Assembly: GCA_031441465.1 (NCBI GenBank)
Contig: JANOEP010000054.1
Span: forward strand, 1 to 64,000
Direction: 5' to 3'
Source of the DNA: a bacterium
GTDB lineage: Bacteria > Krumholzibacteriota > Krumholzibacteriia > LZORAL124-64-63
DNA: 64,000 nucleotides
This document shows positions 1 to 9,128 of this stretch, piece after piece. Within the stretch, counting starts at the first letter, position 1. Every line of letters begins with the position of its first letter. Below the pieces are notes generated by a model, which saw only the letters and a program-made list of their open reading frames with translations, was not told the origin of the DNA and did no database searches. The position numbers and the translations under genes are program-made.

Positions 1-265
1 CAACAACTACTGTTTAGGAATCAAACAAATATTCACCGTTGCAGCAACAGCAACACCACAACGTTGCATGTGCAAGGTTTTTCAGATTTCACGAGCAGCC
101 TTTCCCAGTAGTGTTGTAGGAATAATCAATCATCATAAGCAACGTACATCCCTCCTCAATCTACGCTGTGGAACTGCCGTTTATAACGTGAATCTCTAGA
201 AAGAAGAGAAAAATGAGACTTTTTTGTCACATTTTCAGGAAGAAATCAACAGACCAAACAATTTG
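1..265. other. Compositionally foreign AT-rich segment abutting and truncating comF (insertion boundary or chimeric contig end)
   Basis: 96 of the first 240 nt are G/C (40%), against ~75% immediately downstream; the switch near 265 is abrupt and no credible ORF is present. Confidence 0.75.
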
Positions 266-944
266 CACGCAGGGCCGCGGCGGCCGCCGCCAAGGTGGCG
301 CCGCTGGTGACCAGATCGTCCACCAGCGCCGCGCGCGCCGGGCCGACGCGCGGCGGGCGCGCCACGAACGCGCCGGCGACGTTGCGCTGGCGCCGCGGAT
401 CGTCCCCACCGAAATGCGCCTGCTGGTGCGTCGCGCGCCTTCGCACCAACAGATCCGGCCGGACGGGCAGGTCGAGTTCCGCCCCGATCACCTGCGCCAG
501 GATCTCGGCCTGGTTGAACCCGCGCTCACGGCGGCGCCGCGCGTGCAACGGTACCGGCACCAGGACGTCGGCGCATCCCGCGACCCGGATCGCCGCCGCC
601 GCGCCGTCGCGCGCCAGCTTGCCCAGGGGCGCGGCCAGTCCCCGCCGGCCCCGGTACTTCCAGACGCCGACTAGTTCCGCCAGGGCGGGGTGATTCACCG
701 AGCCGGCGCCCACCAGCAGCGGCGGCGACACACCCTCGTGGCGCAGCACGACCGGCGCCGCGGGCAACCGGGCCTCGCAATCCCCACACAGGGCCGCGGC
801 GTCCCACCAGCGAATCCCCGGCCGCGGCCGGCGCGCACCCGCGACGCCGCTCACCGCGATCCCGCAGAGCGCGCAGCGGGACGGCCAGAGGGCCTCGAGG
901 ATCGCCAGCGCGCCCTCGCCGACCCAAACGGCCGGCGCGGTCAC
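246..944 (-). CDS. comF: ComF family phosphoribosyltransferase-like competence protein, 3' end apparently truncated
   Basis: CALC...LCGDC zinc ribbon, LVPVPLH..RRRERGFNQA, PRPP-binding LVDDLVTSGATL. GTG start inferred at 944. The last codons (NCLVC-stop) come from the AT-rich segment. Confidence 0.85.
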   Translation of the reverse strand: MTAPAVWVGEGALAILEALWPSRCALCGIAVSGVAGARRPRPGIRWWDAAALCGDCEARLPAAPVVLRHEGVSPPLLVGAGSVNHPALAELVGVWKYRGRRGLAAPLGKLARDGAAAAIRVAGCADVLVPVPLHARRRRERGFNQAEILAQVIGAELDLPVRPDLLVRRRATHQQAHFGGDDPRRQRNVAGAFVARPPRVGPARAALVDDLVTSGATLAAAAAALRANCLVC

Positions 945-991
945 GACCCCGCCGTCCGGCGGCGGCGTCGCCAGCCGACCCGGTGCCGCGC

Positions 992-1954
992 TCACCACGG
1001 CAACGCCAAGGCGTCGGCCATCGCGGCGCGGTCGGGCGCGCGGCCGAACCACCAGGCGAAGGCCAGCGCGCCCTGCTCGAGCAGCACGCCGCGCCCGTCC
1101 AACCGGAGTGCGGGGCCGGGCCTCGCGCCGGCGCGGTCGGCCGGCGCCGTGTCGGCCGGCGCCGTGACGGCCGGCGTCATGTCGGCCGGCGCCTGGCCGG
1201 CGTGGCCGTAATTCAGATCGAGCCAGGGACCGAGCGTCACGACGGGCGGTGGTCGCAGCAGAGCGGAGAGGTCGGAGCCGGGGGGCGTCGCGTCCACCAC
1301 GAGCGTGCCAGGGGGCAGCGGCAGCGAGGACAGCGGCCGACCGGGCGGCGGCACGGCGGCGCGGGTCGCCGCGGCCGGGGGCAACGTCGCCAGCCAGCGG
1401 CGCAATCCGGCGGCGCTTCGCGGCGAGCGCGCCACGATCCAGACCCGCCCGGCTCCGGCGCGCAGGCAGGCCAGCGCCGCCGCCCGCGCGGCTCCCCCGG
1501 CGCCGATCACCACCGCGGCTCGCGCCGCGGCGTCGAGACCGGCCAGCACCGCCGCGATGCCGCCGACGTCGGTGTTGTGCCCCTCCCAGCCGCCGGCGCG
1601 CCAACGCACGGTGTTCACGGCGACGGCGGCGGCGGCGTCGGCGGTCAGGCGTGCGCACAGCGCCGCCGCCGCCGTCTTGTGCGGCGCCGTCACGTTCAGA
1701 CCCCGCAGACCGAGGTCGCGGCCGCGATCGCGCAGGACGGTGAGGCGCGGCGACTCGATCTCGACGGCGTGGTAGTCGAACGGCAGGCCGGCGGCCCGCA
1801 GCGCCGCCCCCTGGAAACGGGGCGAGAGCGAGTGGCCGACCGGATCTCCCGCCACCGCGTAGAAGGGTCGCGGCGGCTCCCACGGGCGGCCGTCCCGCAG
1901 CCACGACGACCCGTCGGGCGCGAGCCGCAGGATCCCGCCTTCAGTCGCGCCCAC
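992..1954 (-). CDS. aroE: Shikimate dehydrogenase
   Basis: GDPVGHSLSP, GLNVTAPHK, AVNT, GHNTDVGG, IGAGGAARA and DGRGVLLEQG motifs. Start approximate (GTG overlapping the lgt stop). Confidence 0.9.
   Translation of the reverse strand: MGATEGGILRLAPDGSSWLRDGRPWEPPRPFYAVAGDPVGHSLSPRFQGAALRAAGLPFDYHAVEIESPRLTVLRDRGRDLGLRGLNVTAPHKTAAAALCARLTADAAAAVAVNTVRWRAGGWEGHNTDVGGIAAVLAGLDAAARAAVVIGAGGAARAAALACLRAGAGRVWIVARSPRSAAGLRRWLATLPPAAATRAAVPPPGRPLSSLPLPPGTLVVDATPPGSDLSALLRPPPVVTLGPWLDLNYGHAGQAPADMTPAVTAPADTAPADRAGARPGPALRLDGRGVLLEQGALAFAWWFGRAPDRAAMADALALPW
1136..1195. repeat. Four imperfect 15-bp tandem repeats inside aroE
   Basis: gtcggccggcgccgt x2, gacggccggcgtcat, gtcggccggcgcctg; encodes a (T/Q)APAD-like insertion. 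Confidence 0.7.
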
Positions 1955-2705
1955 GGCGGCCGCTCCCCTGCACCCGGACAAGCAGCGCCAGTCCCGCCGC
2001 CGCCAGCACGCCGCTGATCACCTGGCTCAACGTCAGCCCCCCCGCGACGACGGCACCGGGCTCGTACACGCGCAGGAGATCTTCGAGCGCGCGCGCGACG
2101 CCGTACAGCAGCAGGAAGCGGGCGAACACGACACCGTCGCGGAAGGGCCGGCGATCGCCCAGCACCAGCAACCCCCAGACGAGGAACCCCGCCGCCGAAG
2201 CGTACAGCTGCGTGGGGTGAAGCGGCGCGCCGTGCGAAACGGCGCCGGCCTCGCAGGTCGGTGGGAAGACGACGCCCAGCGCCGAATCCGTGGCCCGCCC
2301 GAAGCAGCAGCCGTTCAGGAAGCAGCCGATGCGCGTCAGGCCGATGCCGAGGGCGACCTGGGGCGCCAGGGCGTCCGCGAGCCGCAGGAACGGCAGCCGG
2401 CGGCGGCGGCAGTTCCACAGGACGACCGCGGTGGCCGTCAGGATCCCGCCGTACAGGGTCAGGCCGCCCTCCCAGATGAAGAACACCCGGTACCAGGGGT
2501 GGAAGTCGCCGAGATGGGTCAGGACGTAGAACAGCCGCACGCCGATCAGCGACGAGATCAGCACCGCGAAGCACATGTCCAGGACCGTGTCGCGGTCGAA
2601 CCCGCGCGCGCGCCCCCGGCGCACGCTCAGCCAGATGCCGACCAGGAAGCTGAGCGCCAGCAGCAGGCCGTAGCTCTTGACGAGGCCGAACAGTTGCGGA
2701 TGCAT
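1941..2705 (-). CDS. lgt: Prolipoprotein diacylglyceryl transferase
   Basis: SYGLLL, IWEGGLTLYGG, RIGCFLNGCCFG and HPTQLY motifs; multi-TM. Confidence 0.93.
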   Translation of the reverse strand: MHPQLFGLVKSYGLLLALSFLVGIWLSVRRGRARGFDRDTVLDMCFAVLISSLIGVRLFYVLTHLGDFHPWYRVFFIWEGGLTLYGGILTATAVVLWNCRRRRLPFLRLADALAPQVALGIGLTRIGCFLNGCCFGRATDSALGVVFPPTCEAGAVSHGAPLHPTQLYASAAGFLVWGLLVLGDRRPFRDGVVFARFLLLYGVARALEDLLRVYEPGAVVAGGLTLSQVISGVLAAAGLALLVRVQGSGRRGRD

Positions 2706-2717
2706 GCGCACCTTCCT

Positions 2718-3992
2718 CTACGTTTCGAAACTGCGGGACCCCACGTTGGTCAGCAAACCCAGCATGATCGCCGACGTCAACATGTTCGAGCCCCCGTAGC
2801 TCATCACCGGCAGGGGCAGGCCGGTCACCGGCATCAGACCCGTCGTGATGCAGATGTTGACCACGACGTGGAACGTGAAGTAGGTGACCACGCCGACCGC
2901 CAGCAGTGAGGAGAACGGCCGCCGCGCCTCCAGGGCGATCTGCAGCCCCCGCATGATGATCACGAGGTACAGGCCCACCAGCAGCATCGCGCCGATGAAT
3001 CCCAGTTCCTCGCCCACGACCGAGAAGATGAAGTCGGTGTGCCGTTCCGGCAGGAAGGCCAGGCCCTTCTGCGTGCCCTGCAGGTAGGACGTACCGAACA
3101 GGCCGCCCGACCCGATGGCCACTTTCGACTGGATCGCCTGGTAGCCGGAACCGAACTGGTCCCGCGCCGGGTCGAAGAAGGTGAGGATGCGTTCCTGCTG
3201 GTAGACCTTCAGGCCTTCCCAGAAAAATGTCGTGATCAGGCCCGTGACGATGTTGGCCGCCATCAGGGCCAGGTTCTCCAGGAGACGGAAGCGGGCCCGG
3301 GTCAACGCGGCCAGCAGGACGACCAGGTAGATGCCCCACGGCCAGGGCGACCCCGCCACCGTCTCCGCGTAGAAGCTGAACACGGCGCTCAGCAGCGGCG
3401 AGGCCAGACTCAGCAGCAGGACCCAGGACAAGCCGTACCAGAACACCGCCACGATCCAGATCGCCGCGAACACGAGGCTGGTGCCGAGGTCCGGCTCGCG
3501 CAGGACCAGCAGCAACGGCAACCCCGCCAGCAGCATCGACGCCGTCACCGGCAGCAGGCGTTTCTCCTGGGCGTGGAACGCGGCGAGCAGCCGCGCCAGG
3601 ACCAGGATGACCGCGATCTTCGCGGGTTCCGAGGGTTGCAGCCGCACGGGGCCCAGGTCGAACCAGCGCCGCGCGCCCTGGACCACGGGCGCCGCCACCA
3701 GCACGATCGCCAACAGGATCACGCACAGCAGGTAGAAGGGTGGCGTCCCCTGCTCGATCCAGCGCAACGGCAGGCTGCGCACCGTCAGCAGCACGCTCCA
3801 GCCGATGGCGACCCAGATCACCTGCCGCCAGAAGATCGACTTCGGCACGCCGGGGTCCATGATCTCGTACGGGCCGTGGATCCCCTCGGTCACGCTCCAG
3901 AGTGTGGCCAGGCTGAACAGGCAGAGACCGGCGTAGGCGGCGGGGATGACCCAGCCGCCTTCACCGGGGTTGCGGGGCCACGCGAGCTTCAC
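2718..3992 (-). CDS. rodA: Rod shape-determining SEDS glycosyltransferase RodA
   Basis: QPSEPAK, EPDLGT, AIGSGGLFG, FLPERHTDFIFSVVGEELG, LPVMSYGGS; follows mrdA. Confidence 0.95.
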   Translation of the reverse strand: MKLAWPRNPGEGGWVIPAAYAGLCLFSLATLWSVTEGIHGPYEIMDPGVPKSIFWRQVIWVAIGWSVLLTVRSLPLRWIEQGTPPFYLLCVILLAIVLVAAPVVQGARRWFDLGPVRLQPSEPAKIAVILVLARLLAAFHAQEKRLLPVTASMLLAGLPLLLVLREPDLGTSLVFAAIWIVAVFWYGLSWVLLLSLASPLLSAVFSFYAETVAGSPWPWGIYLVVLLAALTRARFRLLENLALMAANIVTGLITTFFWEGLKVYQQERILTFFDPARDQFGSGYQAIQSKVAIGSGGLFGTSYLQGTQKGLAFLPERHTDFIFSVVGEELGFIGAMLLVGLYLVIIMRGLQIALEARRPFSSLLAVGVVTYFTFHVVVNICITTGLMPVTGLPLPVMSYGGSNMLTSAIMLGLLTNVGSRSFET

Positions 3993-5752
3993 GGCGTAAC
4001 CACCTTCTCAGATTCTTTTTGCGCGAAATACGCACTCAGCCAGCGGCCGGCGACCGGCGCGGCCACGGCGCCGCCGTGCCCGCCGTTCTCCAGGATGACC
4101 ACCACCGCGACCTCCGGCAGGATCGCCGGCGCGAAGCAGACGAACCAGGCATGGTCCTCGCCGTGGGGGTTCTCGGCCGTGCCGGTCTTGCCCGCGACCT
4201 CGATCGATTGGACGCGGGCCCGCGTGCCGGTCCCCATGTCCACCACCTGGCGCATCGTGCGGCGGACCCAGTCCAGGTGCGCCGAGTCGAGCGGCAGCGG
4301 CCGCGACGCCGCCGGGGGCGCGGTCGCGGGGTCCCGCACGAAGACCGGCCGCAGGTCGGCCAGCCCGGTCGCCACGCGTCCCGTCAGCACGGCCATCTGC
4401 AGGGGCGTGACCAGCAGCTCGCCCTGGCCGATGGCGTTGTTCAGCATCACGCCGCGCGACCAGCCGCGAGACCCGAACCGCTTGTCGTACCACGCCGTGT
4501 CCGGAACGTTCCCCGCCGCCTCGCCGCGGAAGGGGCTGCCGGTCGGAGCGCCAAGGCCCAGCAGGCGGGCGGTGACGGCCAGCTGGTCGATGTTCAGGCG
4601 CAGGCCGAGCTGGTAGTAGAAGACGTCGCAGGAGTGGATCAGCGCCGACGTGTGGTCGACCGCGCCGTGGCCGCCCTTCTTCCAGCAGCGGAACGCGCGG
4701 TTGCCGAACTGGTAGGAACCGTCGCAGGGCGAGAACGACGTCGAGGAGGTGGCCTCACCGTTCTGCAGCGCGGTCAGCGAGGTCACGATCTTGTACGGGG
4801 ACCCCGGCGGGTACGTCGCCTGGGTCAGCCGGTTGAGGAAGGGATGGCCCGGGTCGGACTGCAGGGCCTGCCAGTCCCTGGTCGAGATGCGCGAGGTGAA
4901 CAGGTTCGGGTCGTACGCGGGCGCGCTGATCGCCGCCAGCACCTCCCCGCTCGGCAGGGACAGCGCCACGGCGCAGCCGCGGTTGTCCCCCATGGCCGCG
5001 CCGAGCGTGTCCTGGAGCGCCTGGGACAGCGTCAGCACGACATCCTGGCCGGACTGCACCGCCCGCAGTTCCACTTCGCGGCGGCCGACCACGCGCCCCA
5101 CCGCGTTGACCTCCTGCAGCGTGTAGCCGGCCTGACCGCGGAGCCGCTCCTCGTACACGGCCTCGATCCCGTCGCGGCCGATCCAGTCGCCGGGCTTGTA
5201 GCCGTCGGGATCGTCTTCCTCCCCGATCTCGCTCGGCAGGGTTTCGCCCACGTAGCCGATGACGTGCCCGAACAGGGTGCCGTCGAGGTAGCGACGCCGC
5301 GACCTCGTCTCCACCTTGACGCCGGGCAACTCGCGCCCGCGCTCCTCGATCACCGCGATCTGCGGCATCACCGCGTTGGCGACCAGCGTCAGGCGGGGCC
5401 GGCCGGAGGATTGTTCGCCGGCGAGGCGGTCGAGCGTCTCGTAGCGCGGTAGGCGCAGCCACGTCAGCAGCTTCTCCAGCGTCGAGTCGGGTCCGGCCTT
5501 GCCGAGGCAGCGGTTCGGCACGGTGATGTCGGCGATGTAGACGTTGTCGGCGAGCAGGCGGCCGTCCCGGTCGAGGATCCTGCCGCGGGGCGCCATGACG
5601 CGCAGCCGCAGCTGCCGGTTCTCCAGGGACTGGCTCTCGTATTCGTCGTGCTTCACGACCTGCATGACCAGCAGGTTGACGACGATCACGCCGAACACCA
5701 GCAGGATCGCGGCGCGGAGGATCCGGGCCTGGACGAGGCGCGTGTGCGGCAT
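3989..5752 (-). CDS. mrdA: Penicillin-binding protein 2
   Basis: APRGRILDR, YPPGSPYK (SxxK), SCD (SxD), AGKTGTAE (KTG); mre operon context. Confidence 0.95.
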   Translation of the reverse strand: MPHTRLVQARILRAAILLVFGVIVVNLLVMQVVKHDEYESQSLENRQLRLRVMAPRGRILDRDGRLLADNVYIADITVPNRCLGKAGPDSTLEKLLTWLRLPRYETLDRLAGEQSSGRPRLTLVANAVMPQIAVIEERGRELPGVKVETRSRRRYLDGTLFGHVIGYVGETLPSEIGEEDDPDGYKPGDWIGRDGIEAVYEERLRGQAGYTLQEVNAVGRVVGRREVELRAVQSGQDVVLTLSQALQDTLGAAMGDNRGCAVALSLPSGEVLAAISAPAYDPNLFTSRISTRDWQALQSDPGHPFLNRLTQATYPPGSPYKIVTSLTALQNGEATSSTSFSPCDGSYQFGNRAFRCWKKGGHGAVDHTSALIHSCDVFYYQLGLRLNIDQLAVTARLLGLGAPTGSPFRGEAAGNVPDTAWYDKRFGSRGWSRGVMLNNAIGQGELLVTPLQMAVLTGRVATGLADLRPVFVRDPATAPPAASRPLPLDSAHLDWVRRTMRQVVDMGTGTRARVQSIEVAGKTGTAENPHGEDHAWFVCFAPAILPEVAVVVILENGGHGGAVAAPVAGRWLSAYFAQKESEKVVTP

Positions 5753-5773
5753 CTTTCCTCCCGGCCCGCGGGT

Positions 5774-6265
5774 TCAGTCGTCCCGGTTCAGCAGGCCCAG
5801 CAGGTCCGCCGCCCGGATCAGGGGGATCGCGACCAGGCCGGTGAACACGGCCGAAGGCAGCGCCGCGGTGAACAGCGGCTCGAGGAAGGTGCTGCGCCCG
5901 GTCCAGCTCAGCACCAGCAGGTGCAGCGCGTCGTGCCCCAGGGCGAGGACCGCCACGGTCGTGCCCTCGACCGCCGGTATGCCGAAGTTGAAGCGGGCGC
6001 GGGCGCGGCCGGCGGCGAAACCGGCGAGCGACTTGGCCAGGGAATTCAAGCCGAGCTGGTCCGGCGAAGCGGTGTCGATCACCAGACCGAGCACGAAGCC
6101 TCCCACAGTGCCGGCGAAGGCTCCCTCGGCCAGCGCCAGGATCGCCACGGCGATCAGCGAAAAGTCCGGCCCGATGTGCCCGAAGGTCAGCAGGGGGGCC
6201 AGCAGCGTGTCGCCCAGCAGGGCCAGCAGCCCGAGGGCCAGGGTGGTGCGCAGGAAGCGGTTCAC
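5774..6265 (-). CDS. mreD: Rod shape-determining protein MreD
   Basis: Hydrophobic 163 aa protein with PDF.L and GFVLGLVID motifs, between mreC and mrdA. Confidence 0.88.
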   Translation of the reverse strand: MNRFLRTTLALGLLALLGDTLLAPLLTFGHIGPDFSLIAVAILALAEGAFAGTVGGFVLGLVIDTASPDQLGLNSLAKSLAGFAAGRARARFNFGIPAVEGTTVAVLALGHDALHLLVLSWTGRSTFLEPLFTAALPSAVFTGLVAIPLIRAADLLGLLNRDD

Positions 6266-7155
6266 GGCTGCGCCTCCACGGCGACGGAGTCGGTCGCCGC
6301 GGTATCGGGCAGCGCGCCGGCGGCGGTCAGCCAGTCGCCCCGTCCGACCACGGCGAAGACCACGTCCAGCCGGCTGAACGACGCCAGGGACTTGACGCGG
6401 ATCTCCTTGAACAGCTGTTCCGGCGGCGACTCGACGGCGACGACCACGCCGACGGGCAGGCCGCGCGGCAACGCGTCCTGCGGGACGGCGGTCTCGCCCT
6501 GCAGCAGCCCGACGTCCGAGGTGACCACCCGGTCGCCGATCTCGACGTCTTCGTCGCGCCCCACCAGCGCCAGGTCGAACTCGTCGCCTTCCCGCGGGTG
6601 CAGGATGCCCGGCAACCCGGTGCGGACCAGCTGGCAGCTGACGCCGACGCCGGGCGAGTTCAGCAGCTCGACCCAGGCGGCGCTGGGGCCGGCCGGCGTG
6701 TGGACGCGACCGACGAGGCCTTCGACCGTGATCACGGGCTGGTAGCGCTCCCAGGCGACCGCCTCGACGGAACGCACCAGGATCAGCGACGCCGAGGCGG
6801 CGACGCGGCGGCGCTGCACCTCGCAGGGCACGAGATCCGCGGGCGCGGCGTCGAGCAGGCCGAGCGCCTGCCGCAACTCGTCCCGCTCGCGGCGCAGGCG
6901 CTCGGCGGCCTCGCGGTCGACGCGCAGCGCCGCCACCTCGGCGCGCAGCGACGCGTTCTCGCCGCGCACCCGGCCGACGTCGGCGACGAAGGCCGCGAAG
7001 CGGTCGTAGGGGCCGGTCAGCACGGTGCCCAGGACGCCGGCGACGCGGATCCGCTCCGCCGACGGCAGCGCGAGCAGACCGATCGAAAGCGCGGCGCAGA
7101 CGGCCACGGCCAGGATCTCGCTGCGGCGGGTGTGGGTTGCCAGATTGAGGCCCAT
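6262..7155 (-). CDS. mreC: Rod shape-determining protein MreC
   Basis: N-terminal TM, coiled coil (EN..LR), GLVGRV, GDRVVTS, PRGLPVGVV. Confidence 0.92.
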   Translation of the reverse strand: MGLNLATHTRRSEILAVAVCAALSIGLLALPSAERIRVAGVLGTVLTGPYDRFAAFVADVGRVRGENASLRAEVAALRVDREAAERLRRERDELRQALGLLDAAPADLVPCEVQRRRVAASASLILVRSVEAVAWERYQPVITVEGLVGRVHTPAGPSAAWVELLNSPGVGVSCQLVRTGLPGILHPREGDEFDLALVGRDEDVEIGDRVVTSDVGLLQGETAVPQDALPRGLPVGVVVAVESPPEQLFKEIRVKSLASFSRLDVVFAVVGRGDWLTAAGALPDTAATDSVAVEAQP

Positions 7156-7168
7156 CGACCGCCCCCGC

Positions 7169-8212
7169 TCAGTCCCGCGTGCTCTTCATCACGACCGCGC
7201 GGTAGCGCTCGAAGTCGTCGAGGATCTTGCCGGTGCCCAGCACCACGCAGTAGAGGGGGTCGTCCATCAGGTTGATCGGCAGGTCGGTGTGCTCGCGCAG
7301 CAGGTCGGGCAGGCCGCGCAGCATCGCGCCGCCGCCGGTCATGACGATGCCGCGGTCCTTGATGTCGGCCGCCAGCTCGGGCGGCGTCTGCTCGAGCGCG
7401 TGCTTCAGCGCGTCGACGATGGCCTGGATCGGCTCCTGCAGCGCCTCGCGGATCTCGAGCGTGGAGACCTTCTGGATCTTGGGGATGCCGGTGACCTGGT
7501 CGAGCCCCTTGACCTCCATCTCCTCCTCCTGGCGGAGCTTGAAGGCGGAGCCGATGGTCTTCTTGATCTGCTCGGCGGTCTGGTCGCCGATGAGCAGGTT
7601 GTGGTTCTTCTTGATGTAGGTGACGATCGCCTCGTCCATCTCGTCGCCGCCCACGCGGATCGAGGTGTCGCAGACGATGCCGTTGAGCGCGATGACGGCG
7701 ATCTCGGTCGTGCCGCCGCCGATGTCGATGATCATGTTGCCGCTGGGCTGCTCGACCGGCAGGCCGACGCCGATGGCGGCGGCGATGGGCTCGGCCACCA
7801 GGAAGACCTCGCGCGCGCCGGCGTGCTTGGCCGAGTCGCGCACGGCGCGCTTCTCCACCTCGGTGATGCCCGAGGGCACGCAGATCACGATGCGCGGCGC
7901 GATGAAGTGGCGCTTCTTCTGGGCCTGGCGGATGAACTCGCGCAGCATGTACTCGGTGACCTCGAAGTCGGCGATGACGCCGTCCTTCAGGGGCCGGATG
8001 GCCTGGATGTTGTCCGGGGTCTTGCCGAGCATGGCCTTGGCCTCGCTGCCCACCGCGTAGACCTTGCCCGTGGATTTCTCCAGCGCCACCACCGAGGGCT
8101 GGTTCAGCACGATGCCCTTGCCCTTGATGTAGACCAGGGTGTTGGCCGTGCCCAGGTCGATGGCGATGTCGTTGTTCAGAAAGTTGTTCAGTCTCCCGAA
8201 CATGGCGGTCAT
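7169..8212 (-). CDS. mreB: Actin-like protein MreB
   Basis: DIAIDLGTANT, IRPLKDGVIADF, DIGGGTT, GIVMTGGGA. Start is ATG 8212 (coupled to the radC stop) or 8203. Confidence 0.97.
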   Translation of the reverse strand: MTAMFGRLNNFLNNDIAIDLGTANTLVYIKGKGIVLNQPSVVALEKSTGKVYAVGSEAKAMLGKTPDNIQAIRPLKDGVIADFEVTEYMLREFIRQAQKKRHFIAPRIVICVPSGITEVEKRAVRDSAKHAGAREVFLVAEPIAAAIGVGLPVEQPSGNMIIDIGGGTTEIAVIALNGIVCDTSIRVGGDEMDEAIVTYIKKNHNLLIGDQTAEQIKKTIGSAFKLRQEEEMEVKGLDQVTGIPKIQKVSTLEIREALQEPIQAIVDALKHALEQTPPELAADIKDRGIVMTGGGAMLRGLPDLLREHTDLPINLMDDPLYCVVLGTGKILDDFERYRAVVMKSTRD

Positions 8213-8976
8213 CCCCTCCGCGCCGCCGGCGGCGGTGCGTTGTGCCAGTTTTCGGTCGGCCACCCGTGTTCGCGGAGGCTGGTGTGCTCCCCGCTCCCCA
8301 TCACGATGTGGTCCAGCAGCTCGATCCCCAGCAGCCGGCCGCATCCGGCCAGCCGCGCCGTCAGTTCCAGGTCGTCGCGGCTCGGCTCGGCGCAGCCCGA
8401 CGGGTGGTTGTGCGCGACGATCAGCGCGGCGGCGCCCCGCTCGACCGCGCCGCGGAAGACCTCCCGCGGGTGGACCAGCGAGGCGTCGAGGCACCCCACG
8501 GACACCGTTTCGACGCGCGTCACGCGGTGGCGCGCGTCCAGGTGCAGCGCGAGGAAGTGTTCGCGGTCGCAGCCGCGGAACGCTTCCTCGAGCAGGGGAA
8601 CCAGGTCGGCCGGCCGGCGGACCAGCGGCCCGGTGTCGCGCGCTTCGGCGCCGGCGCGCGCCCCCAGCTCGAAGGCCGCGGCCAGGCGCACGGCCCGCGC
8701 CGGTCCCACGCCGCGCTCCCGGCAAAGCAGGGCCGCGTCGAGGCGCGCGAGGGCGCCGAGTCCGCCGTGGCGGTCCAGCAGCACGGCCGCCGTCGCGGCC
8801 GGAGCCGCGGCACCGCCCGGTCCCATCACGAGGCTCAGGATCTCGCCGGGCGAAAGCGCCTTCGGTCCGAGGCGCCACAGCCGGCCGTGCGGACTGGAGA
8901 CGTCCGTGGGCCCGACGGGGCGTGCGTGCGACGTCCTGTCGAGGGGCGATTTCCGTATCTCTTTTGATTTGAACAC
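8209..8976 (-). CDS. radC: RadC/JAB domain protein (UPF0758)
   Basis: GVGPARA..L.AAFELG HhH-like segment, DREHF, HPREVF, AHNHPSG, LLDHIV. GTG at 8976 is preceded by GGAGG. Confidence 0.92.
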   Translation of the reverse strand: MFKSKEIRKSPLDRTSHARPVGPTDVSSPHGRLWRLGPKALSPGEILSLVMGPGGAAAPAATAAVLLDRHGGLGALARLDAALLCRERGVGPARAVRLAAAFELGARAGAEARDTGPLVRRPADLVPLLEEAFRGCDREHFLALHLDARHRVTRVETVSVGCLDASLVHPREVFRGAVERGAAALIVAHNHPSGCAEPSRDDLELTARLAGCGRLLGIELLDHIVMGSGEHTSLREHGWPTENWHNAPPPAARRG

Positions 8977-9002
8977 TCTACCTCCACGCGGGAGGTGGCG
9001 CC

Positions 9003-9031
9003 AATCTAGCACGGCCTCGGGAGGCGGGCAA
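9003..9031 (-). promoter_or_regulatory. Putative sigma70 promoter for the radC-mre operon
   Basis: TTGCCC-N17-TAGATT with a TGn extension on the minus strand. Confidence 0.55.
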
Positions 9032-9063
9032 CCCTTTTTCGGGGCGCGCGCGGCCGTTTTCGC

Positions 9064-9092
9064 TTGTTCCGACCGGAATCGCGACCTATCCT
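9064..9092 (+). promoter_or_regulatory. Putative sigma70 promoter for lysC
   Basis: TTGTTC-N17-TATCCT, ~36 nt upstream of the ATG. Confidence 0.45.
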
Positions 9093-9128
9093 GCTCGCGG
9101 TTCGCAGCCCCACCCGCAGGAGAGCGGC

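Noticed and set aside
213..674. Plus-strand ORF starting in the AT-rich segment
   Set aside because: It runs antisense through comF across the compositional junction and has no recognisable domain.
8209..8976. radC as a marker of a mobile or anti-defence element
   Set aside because: It has the long chromosomal form with an HhH segment and the ordinary radC-mreBCD context; no mobility genes are nearby.
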